Notes: a model not told the origin generated them from the letters alone. DNA of 64,000 bases from an uncultured Clostridia bacterium (GCA_900016865.1 FIZI01000001.1:31028-95027), one strand, 5' to 3'. Counted from the first letter of the stretch, positions 51,841 to 62,522 are shown. Numbers and translations: made by a program.

Positions 51841-53045
51841 GTCTGCTTCACGGATGGGCAAGGGAGAATCGCAAAAGGCTGCGACCACCCTCTCTTCCCA
51901 TCCGTGTCTTTGACTACTACACGGACGAAACCGTCGTCAAAGCACGGAGTATAAGTCGCCTCTGTCGCCCGGTCGATCTCATGGACAATCACTGCGTCGC
52001 GGTTGACAAACCTGATCAAGCACGGCCGATCCACGCGGGCATAGATGCTGCCGCCTCGGACGCCAAACCTGCATCTTGGGCCCGTAGTCGCGTAGAACCT
52101 GCCCGCAACAAGCGCTTCCTTAAGAGCCTCGCTGCTTATGTCTGTCACCTTGACCTCGATCCACCCCATTCCCGACTCCTCAGCGCATCGTGCATCATCG
52201 ACTGCCACTGCCCAAACTGGATTCTCAGGCATCCGATCAACCAAGACTGCATGCCAGATAGACTCATCTAAGCCCTCATCGCTATGGAGGTTGCGTACCT
52301 CAATCAATTTGTACCCATCGATCGCTCGAAGGTGACCCTCTGTCCACCTTCCCGTACCCAAATTGCCCGGCCAGGATGGGTGAGGAATGCACACAATTCC
52401 GCCTTCAAGAGCGCATGAGTCTATTCGCTCCTGCGCCCGGCCGCAGCTGACGTGAGAAGAGACGAACAACCTCATAATGTGTTGGCCCAGAGGCCAAAAC
52501 GGATACTCAATGGTGTTTTCCTCACCCGGTATGACGAGTAAGCCGTCGTAGTTAGTGGCTTCTCGGACAGTCACCCTCCCGTGATCAGTCACAGCAAGAA
52601 ACGAATACCCCAACCGCCTATAGTGCGCAATGGCTTCCTCTAGACTCCATTTGCCGTTTGGAGAATTCTCAGTGTGAACATGCAGTTGCGCTCTTACATA
52701 TTCTCCGGGGCCATCGTATGGGTCCGAGACGACAAACCCACCAAACGCGTGCTTTTCACCAATATCAATACTGCAGCTAGCGTCCTGACTAGGTGGACGG
52801 AGTATCACTATTCTGACAACCAGAATGACCAACGCCGCGACTCCCGCCCCCGTGAACGCACCTATAGCAGCGCCTACACCCACTCTCTTGGACAACACAG
52901 ATCCTAGGGCCGAAAACAGCAGGATCCCTAAGAGGTGAATGAGGAGGCTTCGCGCAACAGACCCGCCTAGTGTGGCGTTTTCAGTCCGGCGTGCAACTGT
53001 CTCTCCATGGTGGTCACAAGGGAATTCTGCCCTGTCACATCCCAT
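51834..53045 (-). CDS. PHP-like / CehA-McbA-family metallohydrolase with an N-terminal membrane anchor
   Basis: LHVHTENSPNGKWSLEEAIAHYRRLGYSFLAVTDH is a PHP-type metal motif, preceded by two hydrophobic helices. Start uncertain: ATG at 53045; longest ORF starts at 53081. Confidence 0.7.
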   Translation of the reverse strand: MGCDRAEFPCDHHGETVARRTENATLGGSVARSLLIHLLGILLFSALGSVLSKRVGVGAAIGAFTGAGVAALVILVVRIVILRPPSQDASCSIDIGEKHAFGGFVVSDPYDGPGEYVRAQLHVHTENSPNGKWSLEEAIAHYRRLGYSFLAVTDHGRVTVREATNYDGLLVIPGEENTIEYPFWPLGQHIMRLFVSSHVSCGRAQERIDSCALEGGIVCIPHPSWPGNLGTGRWTEGHLRAIDGYKLIEVRNLHSDEGLDESIWHAVLVDRMPENPVWAVAVDDARCAEESGMGWIEVKVTDISSEALKEALVAGRFYATTGPRCRFGVRGGSIYARVDRPCLIRFVNRDAVIVHEIDRATEATYTPCFDDGFVRVVVKDTDGKRGWSQPFAILPCPSVKQTQ

Positions 53046-53784
53046 CTGTAGAGTCCTCCCCGATGGCTTCCAGCATCGCACTCGCGACCATGTTCACAAC
53101 ATCTGCCCCGGTCATCTCCGGCCTGACGGCAATCCTAGGCAACGCATACCGGTCAACATTCGCAGTCATCGCCCCGTGTCGGGTGTTGACAAAAGCAGCG
53201 TTGTCTTCGTTAACCAGGGGTTCAACGAGACTTGGGCGACTTCCTTTCTGAGTCGGCGCGTACTTATGGCCGTCATATGAGTGCGATCCGAGTTCCACGA
53301 CTCCGGTGTTTACCATTTCATTCATCTGCTGGAACGTCAAGTGGGGATACATGTTGGCACTTGCAGAGGCTGAACCCAAGGCGGCTTCACTCGACGAGAC
53401 AATCGGGAAGCAACTTGCAGGAACGCCGTACTTCTTCAGAAGAGGGAAGGCGTAATGATAGAAGCTCTCGTATCCATCGTCAAACGTGAACACAACACCG
53501 GATACCTCGAGATCCGGGCGGTCGAGCCATTGCGATAGCTCCGCCAGACTCATGATGTCGTAACCTGCATCCAAAACCGCGAGAATGTGTGATTCTAAAG
53601 CCGAAGGGGAAACCACGTTCGGAGAATGCGCATGGTCATCTACGTGGTGGTACATCAAGACAACCACTGCCCCCTTGGGTGCATTACTCACTGAGGCCTG
53701 TTGCCCAACCGACGTCAGACTCAAAACCATAAACGCTATCAACGCCCAGGCGAGCAGTGCAAGCAACAAGGACTGGCGACTCAC
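53035..53784 (-). CDS. Polysaccharide deacetylase (NodB homology) family protein, secreted
   Basis: 249 aa. Signal peptide LLLALLAWALIAFMVLSL, VVLMYHHV, VVFTFDDGYESFY. Confidence 0.88.
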   Translation of the reverse strand: MSRQSLLLALLAWALIAFMVLSLTSVGQQASVSNAPKGAVVVLMYHHVDDHAHSPNVVSPSALESHILAVLDAGYDIMSLAELSQWLDRPDLEVSGVVFTFDDGYESFYHYAFPLLKKYGVPASCFPIVSSSEAALGSASASANMYPHLTFQQMNEMVNTGVVELGSHSYDGHKYAPTQKGSRPSLVEPLVNEDNAAFVNTRHGAMTANVDRYALPRIAVRPEMTGADVVNMVASAMLEAIGEDSTDGM

Positions 53785-53902
53785 AGTACACCTCCGTGGC
53801 GGCTTAGCCGATGAGACCGTTCATTTACAAAGGATGCGCCTTTCTGTCCAAGACTAATCCCGTCGCCTCAGGCCGCGGCATAGTCATAGTTGCCTCGGCT
53901 TG

Positions 53903-53931
53903 TTGCTAACACACTTACGCCATGGTAGAAT
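53903..53931 (+). promoter_or_regulatory. Sigma-70-type (extended -10) promoter
   Basis: TTGCTA (53903-53908), 17-nt spacer, TGG-TAGAAT (-10 hexamer at 53926-53931). Confidence 0.55.
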
Positions 53932-53965
53932 GACCATGATATTACAGCCAAGGAGTGAGTACATA

Positions 53966-55210
53966 GTGAAGGGCGTTGAAAGCAATCACATCGAGCAAGC
54001 AGTACGTTCTGCTGTGGAAAATGCCAGAATAACAGATGTGCATACCCACCTGTTCGGTCCACAATTCGGAGATTTGCTTCTCTGGGGCATAGACGAACTG
54101 CTGATTTACCACTACCTCATCGCCGAAACCTTTCGCTACATCGATACTCCGTATGAGGCGTTCTGGAACATGAGCAAGCGAGAACAGGCCGATCTAGTTT
54201 GGAAGACTCTGTTCATAGACAACTCGCCAATCAGCGAGGCCTGTCGGGGCGTCCTTTCGGTGCTGTCCAAGCTGGGCCTGGACGTTCGGGCAAGGGATCT
54301 AACGGCTTACCGAGAGTACTTCGAATCAAAATCAGTTGAGGAGTACGTCGACCTAACATTCGAACTCATCGGCCTGGACTGCGTTGTAATGACCAATGAC
54401 CCGTTCGACGATCAAGAGAGGTCAGTTTGGCTTTCCATACAGGGCGATGACCCGAGGTTTAGGGCTGCCCTGAGGATAGACCCCCTGCTCAACTCCTTTG
54501 ACACCTCTTGCAAGAAGCTTCGAGACTGGGGATACGAAGTTGACACCGCCCTGTCCGAGTCCACTCTGTCAGAGATTCGTAGATTCCTCACTGAGTGGGT
54601 CTCCAGAATGAACCCGCTCTATATGGCTGCTTCGCTGCCCCCAAGCTTCGTGTTCCCTGAGGACTCGCCTAGGGGCCGGATCATCGAGCATTGCGTGCTT
54701 CCTGTGTGCAAGGAATACGGCCTCCCATTCGGAATGATGATTGGTGTGAAGAAGCTGGTAAATCCCGGGCTGCGCCTCGCCGGAGATTCGGTAGGCAAGT
54801 CAGACATTGAGACTGTAGAGAGGTTGTGCAGCAACTATCCAGACAACAAGTTCTTGGTGACTATGCTTGCCAGAGAAAACCAACATGAACTCGCAGTCGC
54901 TGCTCGCAAGTATAGGAACCTTATGGTCTTCGGCTGCTGGTGGTTCCTTAACAACCCAAGCCTCGTGCGTGAGATCACTGCAATGAGGTGCGAATTGCTT
55001 GGATTGAGCTTCATACCGCAGCACTCTGATGCCCGTGTACTCGACCAAGTGATCTACAAGTGGGCCCACTCCAAGGAGATCATTGCAGATGTGCTTGTCG
55101 ACAAGTACAACGACCTGGCGGCAACTGGATGGACACCTACTGAGGACGAGATCCGCCGCGATGTAGAGGGATTGTTTGGCAAAAACTTCTGGGACTTCAT
55201 AGAACGCTAG
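53966..55210 (+). CDS. Amidohydrolase-superfamily protein resembling the divergent (Bacillus halodurans-type) uronate isomerases
   Basis: ITDVHTHLFGPQFGDLLLWGIDELLIYHYLIAETFR...SKREQADLVWKTLF...VVMTNDPFDD. The family assignment is from memory of that group. GTG at 53966 lies 10 nt after AAGGAG; the longest ORF start (53900) falls inside the promoter. Confidence 0.65.
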   Translation: MKGVESNHIEQAVRSAVENARITDVHTHLFGPQFGDLLLWGIDELLIYHYLIAETFRYIDTPYEAFWNMSKREQADLVWKTLFIDNSPISEACRGVLSVLSKLGLDVRARDLTAYREYFESKSVEEYVDLTFELIGLDCVVMTNDPFDDQERSVWLSIQGDDPRFRAALRIDPLLNSFDTSCKKLRDWGYEVDTALSESTLSEIRRFLTEWVSRMNPLYMAASLPPSFVFPEDSPRGRIIEHCVLPVCKEYGLPFGMMIGVKKLVNPGLRLAGDSVGKSDIETVERLCSNYPDNKFLVTMLARENQHELAVAARKYRNLMVFGCWWFLNNPSLVREITAMRCELLGLSFIPQHSDARVLDQVIYKWAHSKEIIADVLVDKYNDLAATGWTPTEDEIRRDVEGLFGKNFWDFIER

Positions 55211-55235
55211 ACTAAGAGGGCTCGAGATCTACCTG

Positions 55236-55276
55236 GAGCGAGATGTGACCATGCCGGTCATATCTCGCTCTTTGCG
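55236..55276 (+). terminator. Rho-independent terminator
   Basis: GAGCGAGAT-g-TGACC atgcc GGTCA-t-ATCTCGCTC followed by TTTGCG. Confidence 0.7.
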
Positions 55277-55482
55277 AATTCCGGAGCCCTAGGAAAATGT
55301 CGACGCTGGTTGAGTCAAGGTGGCGCTTTGCAGCGTCAGTGCAAGCGGCAGCGAGCAGTCAGGCTTTGGATAGAGGAAGTTGGCCCATAACCGTAGAATA
55401 ATGACCACTGTAGTCATATATCGCCTTGAACCGGCTATACCAGTGATCTGTCTGCCAGTTCAAGGCATTACTTTGATGGAGC

Positions 55483-56304
55483 GTGAGCATCCGTATGCAC
55501 CAGTGCAGGTATCCTGTTTTGTGTCTTCTTGCAATAGCGACTGTTTTCTTTGTTTGCGCTTCCTTAGTGCATGCCAGACCAATTCCGGGCACACTCAGAG
55601 CTGTGACATATACAGTTGAACCGGGTGATTCTCTCTGGGCTATAGCCAGGAGATTCGACTGTCGGGTATCGGATCTTCGCGTGCTCAACGACTGCAAGTC
55701 TGATCTTATCAGGCCTGGCCAAGTCCTTTTTGTTCCGCGCCTTACATACACTGTTGCACAGGGAGACTGTCTCTCTACCATAGCTCACAAATATGGGACA
55801 AATGTTCGCGACCTGAAGGCCGCGAACGGTCTTGAGAGTGATCTGATCAGGGCTGGCCAGGTCCTTCTCTTACCATCGTACATCAAGCCAAGGATATCTC
55901 GAGTGTCTGAAGACGGGCTCCTCATCAGGTCCATATCTGAGGAGGAACTAGACCTGCTCGTGCGACTGGTACATGCAGAGGCTGCAGGAGAAAGCTATAT
56001 AGGGAAGGTCGCGGTTGCAGCGTCAGTGTTGAACAGAGTCGACTCGCCGGATTACCCTAACACTATCACTGACGTGATCTACCAGGTTGTTGGCGACAGC
56101 GGCTATCAGTATACGCCTGTAGCTAACGGGCGAATCAACCAGCCTGGAGACGCAGAGGCTGCAATGGCAGTCGAGGCGGCACTTGCCGGCTGGGATCCGA
56201 CGGGCGGTGCGACTGGTTTCTACAATCCCCGCTTCACTAACGACACTTGGGTGAGATCGCGCAAAGTCGTTGCTGTAATAGACAATCACGTGTTCTTCAT
56301 ATAG
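55483..56304 (+). CDS. Cell-wall (spore cortex-lytic type) hydrolase with two LysM domains and a SleB/CwlJ catalytic domain
   Basis: 273 aa. Signal peptide, LysM 1 YTVEPGDSLWAIARRF, LysM 2 YTVAQGDCLSTIAHKY, Hydrolase_2 region LLVRLVHAEAAGESYIGKVAVAASVLNRVDSPDYPNTITDVIYQ...YQYTPVANG. Confidence 0.88.
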   Translation: MSIRMHQCRYPVLCLLAIATVFFVCASLVHARPIPGTLRAVTYTVEPGDSLWAIARRFDCRVSDLRVLNDCKSDLIRPGQVLFVPRLTYTVAQGDCLSTIAHKYGTNVRDLKAANGLESDLIRAGQVLLLPSYIKPRISRVSEDGLLIRSISEEELDLLVRLVHAEAAGESYIGKVAVAASVLNRVDSPDYPNTITDVIYQVVGDSGYQYTPVANGRINQPGDAEAAMAVEAALAGWDPTGGATGFYNPRFTNDTWVRSRKVVAVIDNHVFFI

Positions 56305-56355
56305 AGGCGGTCGACAATACGTGACAGCACTGGCCTTTCCAGAGGACGCGACAAC

Positions 56356-56404
56356 GCGTTCAGGGCTGCTGTGCTTCTTCCGACCATGCAGTAGCCCTGA
56401 ACGC
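56356..56404. terminator. Long hairpin between convergent genes
   Basis: 12-bp perfect stem GCGTTCAGGGCT/AGCCCTGAACGC, extendable with wobble pairs. No U-tract. Confidence 0.4.
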
Positions 56405-56409
56405 ATGGG

Positions 56410-58416
56410 TTATCTCTTACCAAACACTGTCCCTTCAACGTAGTCGGCCCAGACGTTCTCAAACCAGAAGTCATCTGTAGGAATCGGGCGCACGTCTACC
56501 CACCATGTCTTGAAATCGCCTTGCCCGTCATACTGGACCTGCAAGATCCGGTCTCGCAGCTCTGTAGTCTCCAGTTTATAGCGCCACTCTTCTCCCAGTT
56601 GATCGTGAATGGGCTTCCCATTGCGGTCTAGGACCAGGAACGACCCTCTGCTGCCTCCGCCTGCCTCCAAGAATGCCTGAATACTGCGCAACACAGCCAA
56701 CTGCGTCAAGCAGAGCTGACGGTTTTGCAAAACAGTCAGAATATCATGTGCAGTATTGAGCCTGGCATTGCCGCGGTTAAGCTCATCCAAGTCGCCTCGG
56801 GTCTCTGATATTACAGCGCCGATCGTCTCAGGCATGCGGATGTGGGCTGCATATCGGCTCATGCGGACCTGCATGCGCTTGCGAAACTCCTGAGGCGTCA
56901 GGCCGGATCGACTGCCGAGAAGGCGTTGAACCAGTTCGACGGTGCGGGCGACCTGCGGGTCTGCAGCACGGACAAACTCGTCGTCTCCGCAAGGTGCGCT
57001 CGCGTACTTGTGAGCGATGTACTGAGCTGCCCTAAACCCTCCCACCTGTCCGGAGTTGAGTGCCGAGCCCCCGGGCCTATAGACCCCATGAGTCCCATTC
57101 ACTTCGCCAACCGGAAACAAGTGTTTGATGTTGGACTCCCACCATATATTACCAACAAGGCCTCCGTTGTTGTGCTGTGCACAAACGGCTACCTCGAGAG
57201 GCTCGCGGGTGATATCAATCCCGTGTTCAGCGTAGAGCTGGATAGCCATTGGGTTCATCTTCCTGAGTCTGTCGATGGGCAACTCCAGCAACGCCTGTGA
57301 CTTCGTGAGGTAGTCAAGCGCCTCTTTACTGAGGAGGTCAAACCGGAAATCCTCCATTTTGCCGCAGCCGGACGGGTTTTTTCTAAAGTCCATAAAGACT
57401 CTTCTGCCACGAATGACTGTCTCGATGTAGACCAAGATGTCTATCAAGGACGAACCCAAGCGATCGAGTTTGCGCGGGTCAAAAGGCCACTGGTAGCCCT
57501 TAAGAAAAATGTTCGTAGCAAGAGTTCCCATGTCCGGGAAGTAGTCGTTCAAAAACTCTCTCTCATCCGAACCGTCTGGCTCAGTGCTGATGTATCTTGG
57601 AATCACCTGTTGATATGTTCCTGACACGTTCCAACGGAACGCAGTGGAGGCAAGACCGTACTGCCACTCGGTGAGGTTGGCGGCAATCGCACCTACTTCC
57701 AGAGCGATTCCGGTGCTGCCGAGATGGCCCTCAGGATAGACGGACGAGTAGTAGATTCCTCCTGGGCCACCTGTCCCCATGACCACGTTTCTTGACCTTA
57801 CCGCAATAAGCCCGTAGCGTTCATTATCTATGCTCTGCTTGTCAATAGCTAGCAGGCCGACAACCTTGCAGTCGTCCCCTTGACCGCTCGTGAGGAGAGC
57901 AATCACTTCGTGCTGATCGAGAATCGGTATCCCGCGCTTGTTGACCTCTGCAAGAAGCTTTGCATACATCTGCTGAGATGTCCAAGGGCCTGCAGAAGTA
58001 GCTCTCGCCCTAGGATCGTGGTCAGTCTTGTAGCCAACGTACGCGCCAAACTGATTGTGCGGAAAAGGCACTCCTATGGCCACCAGATGGGAAAACTCAA
58101 TGGGAGAGACAGTTGCTTCGATCAAAGCTATGTCTCCGTGCATCGCACCCCCATCGAAAAGCGCCTTAGCCATCTCATACGGCGAATCCGGCACAGAGCC
58201 CGAAAACGAGAGTTTGTAATAGGTTTGCTTGTCGCTGCCCGAGTTGCTTGAAGTGCCTCCCCCTAGGCGCTCAGTCACCACAATTACATCAGTAACCCCG
58301 TTGTCGAACAAGTGAACAGCTGCATTCAGAGAAGCCGCCCCGCTGCCAATGACTGCTGTATTGCAGGTAATCAGAGGCAGGTCTAGTCCGGCTAGGCGTT
58401 CCTCAGACCGGTCCAT
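56410..58416 (-). CDS. FAD-dependent oxidoreductase of the succinate dehydrogenase/fumarate reductase/aspartate oxidase flavoprotein superfamily
   Basis: 668 aa. Dinucleotide fold TAVIGSGAASLNAA, GGGTSSNSGSDKQ, FPVGEVNGTHGVYRPGGSALNSGQVGG. Substrate unknown. Confidence 0.8.
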   Translation of the reverse strand: MDRSEERLAGLDLPLITCNTAVIGSGAASLNAAVHLFDNGVTDVIVVTERLGGGTSSNSGSDKQTYYKLSFSGSVPDSPYEMAKALFDGGAMHGDIALIEATVSPIEFSHLVAIGVPFPHNQFGAYVGYKTDHDPRARATSAGPWTSQQMYAKLLAEVNKRGIPILDQHEVIALLTSGQGDDCKVVGLLAIDKQSIDNERYGLIAVRSRNVVMGTGGPGGIYYSSVYPEGHLGSTGIALEVGAIAANLTEWQYGLASTAFRWNVSGTYQQVIPRYISTEPDGSDEREFLNDYFPDMGTLATNIFLKGYQWPFDPRKLDRLGSSLIDILVYIETVIRGRRVFMDFRKNPSGCGKMEDFRFDLLSKEALDYLTKSQALLELPIDRLRKMNPMAIQLYAEHGIDITREPLEVAVCAQHNNGGLVGNIWWESNIKHLFPVGEVNGTHGVYRPGGSALNSGQVGGFRAAQYIAHKYASAPCGDDEFVRAADPQVARTVELVQRLLGSRSGLTPQEFRKRMQVRMSRYAAHIRMPETIGAVISETRGDLDELNRGNARLNTAHDILTVLQNRQLCLTQLAVLRSIQAFLEAGGGSRGSFLVLDRNGKPIHDQLGEEWRYKLETTELRDRILQVQYDGQGDFKTWWVDVRPIPTDDFWFENVWADYVEGTVFGKR

Positions 58417-58442
58417 ACGGTCGCCCCCTTTATGCTGTGATG

Positions 58443-59312
58443 CTAGTCTTCGACCTTAAGCCACCTTAGGATCATCCTCTTGGTCTTCTCTATCCATCCC
58501 TTGTCTACGATGCCTCTGCGCTTGGAGACTCTCGCCATAATCATGTTCCTGACTTGATCGGGTGCCAGCGACTTGTGCAGGACACCGTCTACTGCTACAG
58601 ATATAGAGCCTCGCTCCTCGGACACGACGACTACTACCGCATCGCTCACCTCGCTCAGACCAAGAGCAGCTCTATGACGCGACCCTAGATCAGGGTCAGC
58701 CACGTCCTGAGACAGCGGCAGGAAGCAGCCTGCTGCAGCTATCCTTCCACCTTCGATTATCACCGCTCCATCGTGCAGGGGAGTTCCGGGCATAAAGATG
58801 GTTCGAAGCAAATGTGTCGTACACTTGGCTCCGAGTTGCACTCCTGAAGCAATGTAGTGTTCAAGGCCAACATCCATCTCGATGGCTATCAAAGCACCCC
58901 ACCTCAGGTTTGACAGATGAGCAGCCGACTCCGCCACTACTGCCGCCATTTCTGACATGCTGCCTTCGGCAGGCTCGATGAGCCGCGGGTTGCCTCCCAG
59001 TCTGCGCAGTGCCCGACGCAACTCTGGCTGAAAAATAACAGGAATAGCAACAACCAGTGCTGTCATAGCGCTGTCCAATATCGTTCCTACTATCAGCAAG
59101 CCTAGACGCTGAGCGATCAAGTTGAACACTAGCAGCACGAGAATACCCTTTATCAGCTGAATAGCCTGAGTATTCCGAATGCTCATGTAGACGTAATATG
59201 CTACCAGCGCAAACAGGCCGACATCCAAGACATATAACCAGATTCCCAAAACTGCACCTCCGCTCACACGCAACAGCTTGTCCACACAATAGCGCTCAGG
59301 CAGTGGCAGCAC
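58443..59312 (-). CDS. cdaA: Diadenylate cyclase (membrane-bound CdaA type)
   Basis: 289 aa. Three N-terminal TM helices and DAC domain GALIAIE, TPLHDGAVII, GSRHRAALGLSE, VVVVSEERGSISVA. Confidence 0.93.
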   Translation of the reverse strand: MLPLPERYCVDKLLRVSGGAVLGIWLYVLDVGLFALVAYYVYMSIRNTQAIQLIKGILVLLVFNLIAQRLGLLIVGTILDSAMTALVVAIPVIFQPELRRALRRLGGNPRLIEPAEGSMSEMAAVVAESAAHLSNLRWGALIAIEMDVGLEHYIASGVQLGAKCTTHLLRTIFMPGTPLHDGAVIIEGGRIAAAGCFLPLSQDVADPDLGSRHRAALGLSEVSDAVVVVVSEERGSISVAVDGVLHKSLAPDQVRNMIMARVSKRRGIVDKGWIEKTKRMILRWLKVED

Positions 59313-59333
59313 AACCTGCCGCCACTCGTCGAC

Positions 59334-59705
59334 CTATCGTTTCTTGCCAGAGCCGCGTCTCTTGCGCTTGCTAGTCTGTGAGGTTCCCGTCCGAAGAGCC
59401 GCACGTTTTGCACTGCCTTTTTCTTGACCCGTGGCCTTAACTCCTGAGGACATCTCCTTAGCAATCCCGCCTATCATCTGTCTCAATCTGGGGGACTTGA
59501 TGTCAGGCGGAGCCCCGGACTGTGCGGCCGACTCGATGAGTTCTATGAGATCATCCTTTGTCTTGACGTTTTTCAGGAGCCGTTCGCCCGCTGTCCTAAG
59601 CTCCGCTACCTCCTCGGGCTTCAATGTGTCCTTTAGCTGCGCAACAGCCTTGATCTGCTCCTCCGTCAGGAAGCTCGACAGGATGTCCTTACCTTGCTCT
59701 TGCAT
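59334..59705 (-). CDS. Hypothetical protein with a lysine/arginine-rich tail
   Basis: ATG at 59705 after GAGGGGAG. 123 aa: helical acidic N-terminal part and C-terminus ...SKRKRRGSGKKR. No family recognised. Confidence 0.55.
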   Translation of the reverse strand: MQEQGKDILSSFLTEEQIKAVAQLKDTLKPEEVAELRTAGERLLKNVKTKDDLIELIESAAQSGAPPDIKSPRLRQMIGGIAKEMSSGVKATGQEKGSAKRAALRTGTSQTSKRKRRGSGKKR

Positions 59706-59838
59706 GAGCACTTCTCCCCTCGGCACCAATCTTATAACTCTTGGGACTGTGCGACGCATTCATGATAGTATATGGGCCAAAGGGGTCGGTTGTTCTCTAA
59801 GATCTACACACTGTGCTGACCGCACACTGAGACGGCCT

Positions 59839-62481
59839 CTAATAGGCTTCAGTTTGACGCTGTTGCTCGCAGTCCTTCTTGGAACTGAACACAGGTCTGG
59901 AGCGTTCTGGATCCATGCTCACCAATATATGGCCTCCTGCCGACAACGTGCCTTTTAGGAACTCAAGTGCTAGCGTATCCTCGATTTCGCTCTGTATTGC
60001 ACGCTTGAGCGGACGAGCGCCATACGCCGGATCGTAGCCGGTCTCTACTAAATAATCGATCGCTTCCGGAGAAAACGAGATGTCCAACCCGCGACGAGCC
60101 AGACGCTGCCGCACTAGGTCCAGTTGCAGCTGCACGATCTCCCTCAGCTGCTCCTTTCCGAGCGAGTTGAACACAATTATCTCGTCCAAGCGGTTCAAAA
60201 ACTCGGGCTTGAAATGCAGGCGGACCTCATCCATAACCTTTTTTTCAACTGCTTGCCTAGACTTCTCATCACTGAGGCTGATTTCTCCCCGCATGTACTG
60301 GCTTCCGATATTCGACGTCATTATCAGCAACGTATTGCGGAAATCTACAGTCCTGCCGCGATTGTCCGTCAATCTGCCGTCATCAAGAACTTGCAACAGC
60401 AGGTTAAACACGTCTGCGTGTGCCTTCTCGATTTCGTCGAGCAGGATGACTGAATACGGCCGCCTTCGAATTGCCTCCGTAAGCTGGCCGCCTTCCTCGT
60501 AACCAACATATCCCGGAGGAGCTCCGATCAACCTGGCGACTGAGTGCCGCTCCATATACTCACTCATATCAATGCGGACCATGGCACGCTCGTCGTCAAA
60601 CAGGAATTCTGCGAGGGCCTTGGCCAACTCGGTCTTGCCTACGCCTGTCGGCCCGAGGAACATGAAGGATCCCATGGGACGAGTCTCGTCCGAAAAACCC
60701 ACTCTCGCCCGCCTAACCGCGTTTGAGAGCGCACTTATCGCGTGATCCTGTCCAATCACCCGCTTCCTCAGCCTGGACTCCATCTCGACAAGCTTCTCCA
60801 TCTCGCCTTCGAGAAGCCTTGATACAGGTATTCCTGTCCACTTGGCGACGATCTCGGCTATATCGTCCTCGTCGACTTCCTCCTTGAGCATCCGTCCGTC
60901 GCGTTGCACTTCTGCCAGGCGCTGGTTGGTCTCATCGAGCTTCTTCTGGAGTTCCGGCAATTCGCCGTATCTGATCCGAGCTACTCGCTCCAAATCGCCC
61001 TCGCGTTCTCGCTGCTGGGCCTCATTCTGCAGGTCGTCCATGCGTTGTTTGATCTCTTTGGACTGCATGATCAGGTCTTTCTCTGTTTGCCAACGTGCAG
61101 TCAAGGCGTCGCGGGAGGCCTTGAGATCTGCGAGTTCGGAGTCTATCTCGTTTAGCCGCATGTGTGCAGCGTCGTCATCCTCACCAGCTAACGCCTGTCT
61201 CTCAATCTCCAACGTCATTATCTTGCGCTGAATTTCGTCTATCTCTGCCGGTACGCTGTCGATTTCGATCCGCAATCTTGAGGCTGCTTCGTCCACAAGG
61301 TCAACCGCCTTATCCGGCAGAAAGCGGTCCGAGATGTACCTGTTGGACAAGGTCGCCGCAGCCACGAGTGCCGAGTCTCTGATCTTTACGCCGTGGTGAA
61401 TCTCGTACTTGTCCTTGAGGCCGCGCAAGATTGCCACCGTATCCTCAACTGTAGGCTCCGCAACATACACCTGCTGGAACCTCCGCTCCAGTGCTGCGTC
61501 CTTTTCGATGTATTTCCGGTACTCATCAAGCGTAGTCGCGCCTACGCAACGCAGCTCACCGCGGGCCAACGCTGGCTTGAGCATATTGGACGCATCGACA
61601 GCACCTTCGGCTGCGCCGGCACCCACCAAGGTATGCAGCTCATCAATGAACAGAATGATCTCTCCGTCCGCCTCCTGGACCTCTCTAAGTACAGCCTTGA
61701 GCCTGTCCTCAAACTCCCCTCTGTACTTCGATCCGGCGACGAGAGACCCTATATCCAAAGCGATAACGCGCTTACCCTGCAGTCCGTCGGGCACGTCTCG
61801 TGAAACAATCCGCTGAGCCAGTCCTTCGACTATAGCAGTCTTGCCCACTCCCGGCTCCCCGATGAGAACAGGGTTATTTTTCGTCCGCCGCGAAAGGACC
61901 TGTATTACCCTGCGTATCTCATCATCCCTGCCTATGACGGGATCGAGTTTTCCCTGCGCTGCCAATCTGGTAAGGTCTCGGCCATAGCGCTCCAAGGCCT
62001 CGTATTTGTCTTCAGGATTGGGGCTGTCAACCCGCTGAGTCCCCCTTATGTCTACCAACGCCTTGAGGACGCCGTCTCTAGCTACTCCGTACTCTCGCAA
62101 GATCTGCCCAAGAAACCCTGTCTGCTCAGACGCTGCGGCCAGGAGGATATGTTCGGCACTGATGTATGTGTCTTTGAGAGACTCCGCCTCTCTCCTAGCT
62201 GCCTGCAGCAGGCTGCTCAACCTGAGAGACATGTAGACCTGACTGCTGCCTCCGTAGACTTTTGGCAATCCGTTCACGTATTTGTCCAACCGGGACTCAA
62301 GCGATGGCGAATCTACGCCCATGCGCTTGAGAACAGACGGAACAACACCGTGCGTCTGTCTTAGGAGGGCCAAGAACACGTGCTCTACTTCCAACTGCTG
62401 TTGACCAAGATCCAACACCATCTGCTGAGCATCGGCAAGGGCCTCTTGGACCTTTATCGTCATCTTGTCAAATCTCGCCAT
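59839..62481 (-). CDS. clpB: ATP-dependent chaperone/disaggregase ClpB
   Basis: 880 aa. Clp_N repeats, two AAA+ modules (GEPGVGKT and GPTGVGKT), long coiled-coil M-domain between them, no ClpP-binding loop noticed. Confidence 0.97.
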   Translation of the reverse strand: MARFDKMTIKVQEALADAQQMVLDLGQQQLEVEHVFLALLRQTHGVVPSVLKRMGVDSPSLESRLDKYVNGLPKVYGGSSQVYMSLRLSSLLQAARREAESLKDTYISAEHILLAAASEQTGFLGQILREYGVARDGVLKALVDIRGTQRVDSPNPEDKYEALERYGRDLTRLAAQGKLDPVIGRDDEIRRVIQVLSRRTKNNPVLIGEPGVGKTAIVEGLAQRIVSRDVPDGLQGKRVIALDIGSLVAGSKYRGEFEDRLKAVLREVQEADGEIILFIDELHTLVGAGAAEGAVDASNMLKPALARGELRCVGATTLDEYRKYIEKDAALERRFQQVYVAEPTVEDTVAILRGLKDKYEIHHGVKIRDSALVAAATLSNRYISDRFLPDKAVDLVDEAASRLRIEIDSVPAEIDEIQRKIMTLEIERQALAGEDDDAAHMRLNEIDSELADLKASRDALTARWQTEKDLIMQSKEIKQRMDDLQNEAQQREREGDLERVARIRYGELPELQKKLDETNQRLAEVQRDGRMLKEEVDEDDIAEIVAKWTGIPVSRLLEGEMEKLVEMESRLRKRVIGQDHAISALSNAVRRARVGFSDETRPMGSFMFLGPTGVGKTELAKALAEFLFDDERAMVRIDMSEYMERHSVARLIGAPPGYVGYEEGGQLTEAIRRRPYSVILLDEIEKAHADVFNLLLQVLDDGRLTDNRGRTVDFRNTLLIMTSNIGSQYMRGEISLSDEKSRQAVEKKVMDEVRLHFKPEFLNRLDEIIVFNSLGKEQLREIVQLQLDLVRQRLARRGLDISFSPEAIDYLVETGYDPAYGARPLKRAIQSEIEDTLALEFLKGTLSAGGHILVSMDPERSRPVFSSKKDCEQQRQTEAY

Positions 62482-62522
62482 ACCAAACCCTCCGATCTAT
62501 ATCAGCGAAGAAGACTGCGTTC

